The translations under genes were made by a program, and so were the position numbers. From Botryllus schlosseri (lineage: Eukaryota): a DNA stretch of 60,000 nt. A model generated the notes under the pieces. The model made no database searches. It saw only the letters and a list, made by a program, of their open reading frames with translations, and was not told where the DNA came from. The stretch spans positions 23,438,001-23,498,000 of the forward strand of contig CM119372.1 of NCBI GenBank assembly GCA_051294905.1, in the 5' to 3' direction. How positions within the stretch are numbered: the stretch's first letter is position 1; each line of letters starts with the position of its first letter. Below are positions 13,039 to 23,435 of this stretch, piece after piece.

Positions 13039-13914
13039 ATGCATAAATACGAGAAAATAGAAAAGATCGGGGAGGGCACTTATGGGACTGTCTTCAAAGC
13101 CAAGAATCTGGAGACCATGGAAATCGTCGCATTGAAGCGAGTCCGTCTTGATCAAGATGACGAAGGCGTTCCTAGCTCGGCGTTGAGAGAAATCTGTCTC
13201 CTCAAAGAACTGAAGCACAGAAACATTGTACGCCTCCATGATGTTCTGCACAGTGAGAGAAACATGACATTGGTGTTTGAATATTGCGACCAAGATCTTA
13301 AAAAGTACTTTGACACGTGTGGAGGCGTGATCGATCAGCAAGTCGTGAAATCCTTCATGTACCAGATGCTGAAGGGGCTGCAGTTCTGTCACAATCACAA
13401 TATTCTTCACCGTGACTTGAAGCCTCAGAACTTGCTCATCAATAAGAATGGAGAGCTGAAATTAGCGGACTTTGGATTGGCGAGGTCGTTCGGAATTCCT
13501 GTGAGATGTTACTCGGCTGAGGTCGTGACTCTCTGGTACCGTCCTCCGGATGTACTTTTCGGTGCTAAATTGTATTCCACATCCATTGACACTTGGAGCG
13601 CTGGATGCATCTTTGCAGAAATGACTAATGCCGGTGCTCCACTTTTTCCTGGTAATGATGTGGATGACCAACTGAAAAAGATCTTTAAATTATTGGGCAC
13701 TCCAACTGAACAATCATGGCCTGGTCTGACAAAATTGCCAGATTATAAACCTTTTCCGCCATATCCACCAAACTCAATGTGGTATCATGTTGTACCACAA
13801 TTATCTGCGGAAGGCCGTGACCTACTAGCACAGTTGATCATAGTGAACCCTAATAAACGTATGTTAGCAGATGAGGCACTACAGCATCAATATTTTGCAG
13901 ACTTTGCCACGTGA
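13039..13914 (+). CDS. CDK5: Cyclin-dependent kinase 5, 291 aa, intronless
   Basis: ATG at 13039 gives [23 protein letters not shown]. Contains the CDK5-diagnostic PSSALRE helix, [45 protein letters not shown] at 13912-13914. Confidence 0.98.
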   Translation: MHKYEKIEKIGEGTYGTVFKAKNLETMEIVALKRVRLDQDDEGVPSSALREICLLKELKHRNIVRLHDVLHSERNMTLVFEYCDQDLKKYFDTCGGVIDQQVVKSFMYQMLKGLQFCHNHNILHRDLKPQNLLINKNGELKLADFGLARSFGIPVRCYSAEVVTLWYRPPDVLFGAKLYSTSIDTWSAGCIFAEMTNAGAPLFPGNDVDDQLKKIFKLLGTPTEQSWPGLTKLPDYKPFPPYPPNSMWYHVVPQLSAEGRDLLAQLIIVNPNKRMLADEALQHQYFADFAT

Positions 13915-14060
13915 CGTCAAGATTTTGACTGATATGAATCGCTGATGCAGTAGTCTCACAATTGTGATGCAATGTTATCCGGATGCAGTATGTGTAAAAA
14001 TATGTTATGTTTGGGGGTTATTATGGAACACTCCTGGTCTATTTTTCCTGAGGAGGCCTA

Positions 14061-14066
14061 ATTAAA
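14061..14066 (+). terminator. Candidate polyadenylation signal (ATTAAA) for CDK5
   Basis: Variant hexamer ~150 nt after the CDK5 stop, just before the fold-back element. Confidence 0.35.
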
Positions 14067-14092
14067 AGCTTCAACATTACACGCATGTGCAT

Positions 14093-14673
14093 TAGGGCTC
14101 TTTGGGTCAATTCCAGCCAGTAACCGCTTTGCTACAGGAGAAGAAAGTTTCTATTTATTATATAAAAATAAATGATAAAAAATTTGAAAGTTTTCTGTCC
14201 ACCCCATGAAAGTGTTAGGCTGTCTATAGAAACGATGCTCACCAAATTTGGTTCAATTCCAACCAGTGGAAGCGGAGTTATTGCCGTCGAAAAATTTTGA
14301 TTTGAATAAAATAGTATTTATGGTGAGCACAACTATAATAAATAAACAAAGAATCGGTCACCGTAAATACTATTTTATTCAAATCAAAATTTTTCGACGG
14401 CAATAACTCCGCTTCCATTGGTTGGAATTGAACCAAATTTGGTGAGGATCGTTTCTATAGACAGACTAACACTTTCATGGGGTGGACAGAAAACTTTCAA
14501 ATTTTTTATTATTTATTTTCATATAATAAATAGAAACTTTCTTCTCCTGTAGCAAAGCGGTTACTGGCTGGAATTGAACCAATTTTTGTGTGTAGGCTTA
14601 AATTAGGTAACCTAACAATTTTATCAAGTAGCTCGTATGATTTGAGAAAAAAAATCATTTTTGAAGAGCCCTA
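14093..14673. mobile_element. Fold-back element with ~225-bp near-perfect inverted arms
   Basis: Termini TAGGGCTCTT...AAGAGCCCTA, 8-bp TSD ATGTGCAT. Arms ~14101-14326 and ~14358-14583 are reverse complements around a ~30-bp loop. Confidence 0.9.
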
Positions 14674-15417
14674 ATGTGCATTGTGCACGCATACATGCGT
14701 GTGCACTTATATCGGATTCTTGCCACTGTTTGAATCTCATTGACAAGTCTCATTCTGCATATGTATTGGTTTTATGAGGTTCATGTACAGAGGAAGAGGA
14801 AGGCTTCAAACATTCATAAATATCTTTCGATTTCTCATTACATGTATTTGCATGGCTTTTCGTCCAGTAGATAGATAGTTGTCCTATTTGAACTTCACCG
14901 CGGTGCGGAAGTGACAGATTGTGTTCAAATGTACCTCCGCTTATAGTTACATGTGAACAATAAATTCGAACGCACATTAGTTGTTTGAATGAACTTGAAC
15001 CAGCAATGAATCCAGATATATATTCATCGTCAAGGCCCATACCCCTTTGTGGTAGTTGGCGTGGTGGTGAAATACGCATGTAGACGCAGACCTTTTTGAT
15101 TCTTGCGAGCAGTCAAAGCGTCGTAATCACTTCCAGCTATCCGTCATTGATTCTGGCGGCATCAAAAAAGTCGGGAATGGAAGGAACAGAGCAATGAAGA
15201 GCGTCTAAAAAAAGATCAAGATCGTTACGTTGGACACTAGGCTGATTTGGATCCAGATTGAGAGACCGTACTTGGTCGTTTCGACGTCCTATCTATTTAT
15301 TAGTCCTTCACCGCATTGTTGGGTCTTCTGTGTCGCATTGTATGTCTGTCTTGAGCGCGTGAACATAGAACGCGTCTTTTGTGTCACATCATAGTGTCCT
15401 ATTATGGTGTGGACACA

Positions 15418-16354
15418 CAGTGTTGGGATGACTCGAGTCACCTTTTTCGTATGACTTGACTTGACTCGAGTCACTTTACAAAAATGACTTGACTTGACTT
15501 GACTCGACGTTTCAAAAATGCAGATTGACTCGTGACTCGAACCAGAATTTACGAGTCAATTTCAAGTCATCCAGTAATCGATGTCGACTAAATCGCTGTA
15601 TTTTGTATAAGTTCGGATTGTTAACGATACGCCGATGTGACCTGCGAGAGCAATCAATTATTGGATGATTGTGCGATTTACACAATTAAATCACAAATAA
15701 ATTGATCGCAAGCGCAGTGATCGGAACGTACGTTCTCGTAAGCTAGTATGATGAAGTAATATACTAGCAATACATCTGTGCTCCATAGACTGCTCAGTGC
15801 TCACACTGCCCAGTGCTCACCTCAACCAACCCTCTTGTATGACTTAAATCGAACGAATATCGTCCATACGTATATAACTGCATATCATGGATATGTAGCT
15901 GGGTAGGGTATTGCACCATATCATTTTTCAACTTCCTGAGATTTCGTATTGTATCCTATATTTTGGCTGATAATTGTAGACGCAGTGTCGTTATACTTGC
16001 GTAGTTCGGATGTTTTGCGTATTCGTGAGCTATACAGTGTCTTTTTTTAAACTATCTTTTCGTTCCTCGATTCAGAATAAATAGGGACTCCATCTGTATG
16101 CAAAACAGCTAGCAAAAGCAAACACTTTGAATCATATCTCGTACTTTCAAAATTCAACTTGACTCGACTAGTGACTTGACTCGTGACTTGACTTGACTTG
16201 ACTCGACTTGACTCGAGTCACCTCCAAAAATTGGGTGACTTGACTTGACTCGAGTCACTTTTGCAAATCGAGTGACTTGACTTGACTCGAGTCAAAATGT
16301 GCAATGACTTGAGATGACTCGTTACTCGAAGGGAGTGACTTGATCCCAACACTG
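15418..16354. mobile_element. hAT-like MITE, family B
   Basis: TIR CAGTGTTGGGAT...ATCCCAACACTG, perfect TSD TGGACACA, (GACTT)n and GACTCGAGTC subterminal arrays. Confidence 0.9.
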
Positions 16355-18091
16355 TGGACACAAGCAAATCTCGCGGCTCAGTGAAATTGGTCTACGTCAC
16401 ACTTTCCGTTTGGCTAAAGGCAATTTGACGGTAATTTTTGACCGGCTTCGCGAGCGCGAAATTTGATAAAACGGAAACGAAAATATAGATTTTATTCTGC
16501 TCGTGGTCTTGGAACCCCTAAAATCAGCCTCGAATGTTGCATTGTAAAGTCAAATTGACTTTCTGCATTCGAGTTCAGGCTTATGAGACTCCTTCATTTC
16601 TAGGCCAACCACTTCTGCCAACAAACCGCGGATAAAACCCGGTCCTAAAAACATAATCAGCGACAAAACCTTGGCCAAAAAATAACCGATGCTGGATAGC
16701 TGAACCTTTCGATATGGATATGTTCCGTTGTCGGCACGGAATAGTCCCGTTCTTGCAATCTGAGTAGACAGTAGTTACAGTAGTACAACTGCGACACGCA
16801 GAGGAATTTAATTCACCATAATTGAGTTAAAATCGCGTGCGTCAAGACATGTTTTGTAGAGCTGTTTTGGGTATAGAATTGTGGAGTGCGCGTTCTGTAT
16901 GTCATACATGTCCGTAAAATCGTAGCATACTACTGTAATATTACAAATGAATTCCTTTTCATGGGTGAGGCTCGGGTCGCGAGATGCCACAAAAACTTGG
17001 ATTTTGGTGGTAGTCTAAAAAGCTGCTTTACCGTTATTAAACTGTTATGAATTTTCTGGTTAAATTGAGTTAAAGAGCAGGACACACGTTATCGTGAGAC
17101 TATTTGCCCTTCTCATTTACTCGCGAGACAGAAAATAGGAAATCGAAGAAAAAAAACATAAAACAAGTTCAGGCGCTCAGCAATCACGGATAGCATGGAG
17201 GAGAAAAAAACGGGGGCGCAGACTAGATGACCTCATGGGGCCGTATCGCAACTCCGTCGTCAAAGCATCTCGATGGTGCAGGCGAAAAAGAATATCATCT
17301 CTCTCTCTCTCTCTCTCAAGCAACTTATCATAAGGTAGCGTGCTCTAATGTGCCTTCTCTCTTTGATCGTTTTGGAGCTCATTTCCAAGACATAAAGGCA
17401 AAAGCCTCAACACAAACATGGGAGTTTTTCACCCTTTCGACAAACTGGAGCCTCCGGAACCTTTGTGTCAGCTTTCAAAAACGATTTCTACCAGCAAGCA
17501 TTATTCACTCGCGAAAAATATGCTGTATTTTGAATAGTAGTGCAGAACAGATTTCAAGAGTTGGCCATCCACGCACAAGTAGACGTTCTTGTACAAAACC
17601 CAACAACTTGTTGAAATCAAAACGAGCGAAAAAAGTAGCCTTTTTATTAAGACATTTGATAGCTTAAGCTACATAGTAGCCAATTTGTTGCACATCTTAA
17701 AATGTGGTTAGGTATCTTCGTCTTCTTATTGTACAACAATTATCGGTTAGTTTGTGCGAATGAAATTTATTTTACAAAAAAGTTCGAATGGAGCTGAAAA
17801 AGGTTGAAAAGCACCGGTTTGGATCATATGATAAGCTAAAATATGTACAGTAGGCTACATCATCATCGTAATGATCATGATGATGATGAAATATGTACAG
17901 GCCGTGCTAGTTTTGGCATTTTCCAGAATTTAGTTTTGGCATCGCCATGACTTCATACGTGATATAACGATGTAAAACGTTTCAGTTTGGCCTTTCATAT
18001 CAAACGAAAGTCGCAAAACGGAGTATCCACCTTGTGTCATCAAACAGCGAGAGTAAAAACCGAATTGACAACGGTGTTGGAGAGTCAATTC

Positions 18092-18349
18092 CAGAGGTGG
18101 TCAGTAACGAAGTACTTCTACTTTTTGAATTACTTGAAGTAGATTTTGCCTACTCATACTACTTTTTAAGTAGGTATGATTTTAGACTACTTCTACTTCT
18201 AATTGACAGTTTTTAGTTTTGTAGGCAAAAATAAGCGTAGAATACCTACTTACTTGTGAACCACCACTCCTACTTCTACTTGAGTAGAAATTCCGGCGTT
18301 ACTTCTACTTCTACTTGAGTAGCGACGGTGACTACTTTGACTACCTCTG
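18092..18349. mobile_element. hAT-like MITE, family C (short copy)
   Basis: TIR CAGAGGTGGTCA...TGACTACCTCTG, perfect TSD GTCAATTC, CTTCTA/CTACT repeats. Confidence 0.88.
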
Positions 18350-18406
18350 GTCAATTCACCCAGTACAAAACCGACTGCTTCTGCAATATCACATCCCAAT
18401 ATCTAG

Positions 18407-19723
18407 CAGTGTTGGGATGATTCGAGTCATGACTTGACTCGAGTCAACTTTTTGTCGTATGACTTTACTTGACTCGAATCACTTTGTAAAAATGACTTGA
18501 CTGGACTCGACTCGGCGGTTCAATAATGTGGATTGACTCGTGACTCGGAGCAAAATTTACGAGTCAATTTCAGGTCATCAAGTAAACGGTGTCAATTAAA
18601 CCACTGTATCTTGTGCATGTTCGGATTAAATTATTCACGATACGCCGGTGTCACCAGTGAGAGCAACCAGTCATTCACTGATTGTACGTTTCACTGCTCC
18701 TCCATTGTTATATCACAAATTACCAGACCGCAAACGAAATGATCACAGCTTGCATTGTCGTAACAGAAGTGAATCGCAGCAGCAGCGTATCCTTGTTTAT
18801 TAGACGGCTCTGTCCTTACATTGCACAGCGCTCACATTTACCAACCCTCTCGTATGATTCAAATCGAACGAATATAGTTTATGCGTTTATATTCTCACCG
18901 ATGTGTAGATGGTTGGTGTATTGTATATTGTAGTAGAGGATATCAATTTCTTTCAACTTCTTGAGGGTTCGTATTCAATCGTCTATTTTGGCCGATAATA
19001 ACAGAATTTAGCATGTTGCTCAGACTGGCTGCATCAGTCAAATGATTCCTAAATATTACCAACCATTAACTCAATATATGCACTTTTTCGCATTATCGGT
19101 TGTCAATGTCAGCGATATGCTCCTGACGATGACTAGAAATCACAACTCCGCTGTCGGGTGCATGGTTATAATGTGGCTTATGAACACACTCGACATTTGC
19201 TATCTAGAAGGAATATTTATTAGAAGTATTTCTTACTAGAAATTCGAGAAATGTGCTGGATAATATACACGCATTTTTCAATCCATCTTTTCTCAGAATT
19301 GCTTCGCGGGCCGGATGAAATCATTTGCCGGTCCGTATGTTTGACACCCCTGGTGTAGCTAGTTACTGACGTATTTTATTAGCAGTTCCACCTGTGCGTG
19401 AGCGATACAACGCATTTTTGCATGTATATTTAACTTTATATCCGTTATTTGATTCAAGATGAATGGCCAATCTGTCTTTATCACAGCTAGCAAAATGTAA
19501 TGACTTTGAATGATCACTCACTCTTCGAAAATTCAATTTGACTTGAATTGTGACTTGACTCGTAACTTGACTTGACTTGAGTCACCGCCAAAAAAACGAG
19601 TGACTTGTCTTGACTCGAGTCAGTTCGAAACTCGATTGACATGACTTGACTTGACTCGAGCCAAAATGTGCAATGACTCGGGATAACTCGTGACTCGAAG
19701 GTACTGACTTGATCCCTTCACTG
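18407..19723. mobile_element. Family B MITE, first unit of a tandem dimer
   Basis: CAGTGTTGGGATG start, GATCCCTTCACTG end, colinear with 15418-16354. Carries a Charlie-like remnant ending at ~19352. Confidence 0.85.
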
Positions 19724-20021
19724 ACAGTGTTGGCATGACTCGAGTCATGACCTGACTCGAGTCAACTCTTTTGTATTACTTGATTTGACTAGTGACACTT
19801 TACAAAAATGACTTGACTTGACTCGGCGCTTCATAAATGTGGATTGACTCGTGACTCGGAGCAAAATTTGCGAGTCAATTTCAAGTCATCAAGCACGGTG
19901 TCGATAAAATCGCTGTATCTTGGGTCTGTTCGGATTGTGCGCGATACGTCTGTGTCACTTGTGAGAGCAACCAGTCATTCACTGATTGTGCGACGTACGT
20001 TCACTTATCCTCCATAGCTAC

Positions 20022-21927
20022 CAGAGATGAGCATGGATTAGGATTAAGTTTTGAAAAAACAGGATTTGTGAAATTTTGTCGGATTTGGATTGGATTTGGA
20101 TTAGACATTTTTTTCAGAGCGGATTTGGATTGGATTTACCTATTTTCTGGGAGATTGAAATGTCGTGTGGCGAATGGCGACAAACTTTATTCAGATCAGT
20201 TATTAATGTAATTATGGTTACTAAGTTATCTTGAATCAAGTCAATCGTTGGTTGTGAAAGAAAATTTTCGAATCCCTCCATTGCATAAATTAGTATTTTT
20301 TCTGAATTTGCAGTTGGAATCGGATTAGGATTGGACATGGACTAGAACAGTGGTTCTCAACCTTTTTGGGTTCGCGGACCCCTTTTAACCGTCACGGACC
20401 CACGCGGACCCCCTCAAGTTTTAGTTCAATTTTAGCTCTATTATGGTGCAACCTTCATATTTGTCTTGTGCAAATATGAACTGTAGGCTTGTGATAAACA
20501 GCAAAATAATGATTTTTCTTCAAAATAACATCATACTATTTATGTAGAGAGTGGTAGACTTTCATTATTTCAAAGCTAATTTTGCTGCTGTAACTCTTGA
20601 AGTACGATGTCGTGTCTTGAAAATCCGCGACTTCGTCTTGATATGAATGAGAAGTGCCCAAAACCAATTCCGCAAAGATAGATGGAGGCTAATGCAATAT
20701 TAACGCATAAACGCCTCCGACGATACTATTGGTGTGATCGCAACATTTATGGCACCAAAATGAAGAAATAAATATTTTATGAACATATCACGCCCAGCAT
20801 CTAGCGTAGGGAGGGGCAATATACGCACCGCGGGCCGGATTCGGTCCGTGACAATGTTTTGATAGGCCCACAGAGAGTTTCTACAGTCAAAGTGAAATCC
20901 TAATCTAAAAGTATAGACAAATTTTATGCGCCAATGAATGGATCCCATTTTCCAACCTGAGAAAGACTGTCATGAAACGACTTGTTCTGTTCCGGTTTAG
21001 ATATATATTTACGAGCAAACATTTTCGACCATGAACAATTGAACATTAACAAGACAAGGCTACACACCAATGTAACTGGTGATATGAATTTCAGGGTTGG
21101 AGCGCAATGCTTTGACAGCAACGAAACACTACTTGTTCATCAAAAAACCAACCGATAGGGCATCCGCAATAAGAACGTGCCAAATATGATAGCCGAGCTT
21201 TAAGTATATCATTGTCCGATTTATGACGAGCGTCAGCCGTAAATATTCGGGTTCATTTCAATATGAATAAACTATTCAATTATACATTGATGTTCTGTAC
21301 CTCCAAGAAGCTGTTCAAATAGTGGTTATTTATATCACAGTATAAAATGGATTTCATTGAGAGGTTTCAATTCCTGCATTGGGGCACATTAGGGAAATAC
21401 TTCGGAAATTGTTATTTCAAACGACTGTTCACTAATTTGATGAGACTGACAACTTTAAATCGAAGGTTTCGCAGACATTACGAAGTGACCTTGATCGACG
21501 TTACTATCTCCATATTTTTATGTTTTCCACAAACCCCAACAAAACGTCTCCAAACAGCAATATGTTTGTATCAGCAGCTTATTGGAAAATTGGCAATGAA
21601 AATGAATTTCCACACTATGATAGTTCATGTCAGACGATTATTATGATGATATGAGTCATGAGGTTTTAGCAGTTGTGGTACGAAATTGCCTCATCTTTCG
21701 CAAATTAAAATATAAAATAATAATTAGGTTATCAAGCATTTTAAAAATTTAGAGGTCTCGCGGACCCCCTGAAATTGCTTCGCGGACCCCTAGGGGTCCG
21801 CGGCCTCCCGGTTGAGAACCGCTGGACTAGAATCTGAAAAAGTTATGGATTAGGATTTGGATTTGGATTTGAAGGTTCGGATTTGGATTGGATTAGGACA
21901 TAGAAATTTCAAATTTGCTCATCTCTG
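20022..21927. mobile_element. Family A MITE (reverse orientation) nested in B
   Basis: TIR CAGAGATGAGC, perfect TSD ATAGCTAC. Confidence 0.9.
20348..21824. mobile_element. hAT-Charlie-like MITE nested in A
   Basis: TIR CAGTGGTTCTCAACC...GGTTGAGAACCGCTG, perfect TSD GACTAGAA, CGCGGACCCC subterminal repeats. Confidence 0.9.
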
Positions 21928-22155
21928 ATAGCTACACCATAAATAAATTGACAGCAAACGAAATGATCATCACAGCTTACGTTGTCGTAGTAGTAAATCT
22001 AATAGCAACGTATATCAACGACTCATTGCGTACTTCATGCAATACTCATCTTTACCAACCCTCTTGTATGATTAAAATCGAACTAATATAGTTTATGCGT
22101 TTATATTCTGACGGATGTGTAGATGGGTATGGGTAGTGTATACAATATGTGTACC

Positions 22156-23435
22156 CAGAGGTGGTCAGTAACGAAGTACTTCTACTTTTTCGAAGTACTC
22201 AAGTAGTTTTCCTGTACTTCTGGTACTTACTCAGGTAGATCTGATTTTCTCTACTTCTACTTCGTAATATTTTGGGATCTACTTACTTACTTTTCGCTAT
22301 TTTCAGTTTATCAAGTAGAAGTAGTTTAATACCCCAAACGGGAAGATAGCCTGAGGAATTTCGGGGCTGTTTTCACGGAGCATCAACATTTAATTTTCAT
22401 AAAATTTGAGTAAAATCCAGAATTTTTGTCGCGCATGGCGCGCAGTGTATACGGAGTGACCAGTAGTATTTCACGATAGTATTGGTGAATATAATTTAGG
22501 TAGCGCGTTCCGTGGTTCCGTTTACACCACATTGTCGCCCTTCGCCATATCAAATATTTCATCACAGTATATAATATTATGGCTCATCATAACGTTTGAA
22601 ACTGAAGTTTCGCAATCTAGCATTTACTTATCATATCGTAATCTAGCAGTCCATGGCGTGTCCTAATCTGGAAAAGTGGACTCTGACTTATATTTAGTTT
22701 TAGAGCTGTTTTAGCATACCAACCTTCGAAACTTTCTGGACGAAAGACATGAAATACATGCTCCGCTTTTAGAAGTAGTATTTATAATTCACTTTTAACT
22801 CCCAGTATCATATACTTTGACTTCTAATTAATATCAGTTACATAAATGTTGAAGTATAAAAGCAAGTGTAGTAATGCCTTTAATTTCCCGAAATAAAGCT
22901 ACACAGTATGGCATTTTTGCGATCCGGCATATTTTTTATCAACGTTTACTAATCGTGCAAAGTGTTTACACCCTATCCTATACAACTTCTCTGTATTGCT
23001 CTTCGACTAAACTATAGACCTTATAATATGGGGGAGGGCACCATACCATGATATTTTCTAAAACGTGCTGTTCGAGTAAACAGAGGATTTGTATCGCATT
23101 TCCATATCAATATCATCATTTTCATCCCATGATGCGGACGAATGCTCATGCCTTCGAAAATTGGATACCTCCTGGTATGCATCAATCTGAATCAAGCTCG
23201 GCACCTTTCGCATAGCTCAATTTGCACCTTTTGACAATCCATGTGAACGAATTACGATCGTTTTCACAACTACTTACTTACTTGAGTAGATTTAATGTCA
23301 GTTAATTCTGCTTCTACTTCAAATAGTTTTAGGTTGCTTATGGAAAAAATACTTTTACTCGTATTTGAGTAGATTTTTTCGTCGCTACTTCTACTTCTAC
23401 TTGAGTAGCTTTCTTGACTACTTTGACCACCTCTG
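22156..23435. mobile_element. Family C MITE (long copy) nested in B
   Basis: TIR CAGAGGTGGTCA...TGACCACCTCTG, same ends as 18092-18349. TSD degenerate. Confidence 0.8.

Noticed and set aside
11701..13700. Several antisense and alternate-frame ORFs over SAAL1 and CDK5
   Set aside because: Shadow ORFs of real coding sequence with no recognisable motifs.
14750..15204. 109-aa minus-strand ORF with an upstream acceptor-like site
   Set aside because: All three frames from the acceptor hit stops and there is no recognisable domain. It cannot be supported without transcripts.
16555..16760. Exon-like open frames on the minus strand
   Set aside because: No recognisable protein. The end resembles a GGACTATTCGGCGCCG-type repeat also seen near 39561.
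17227..17667. 146-aa ORF
   Set aside because: Spans a (CT)n tract and ends near a Charlie-like terminus. No protein motifs.
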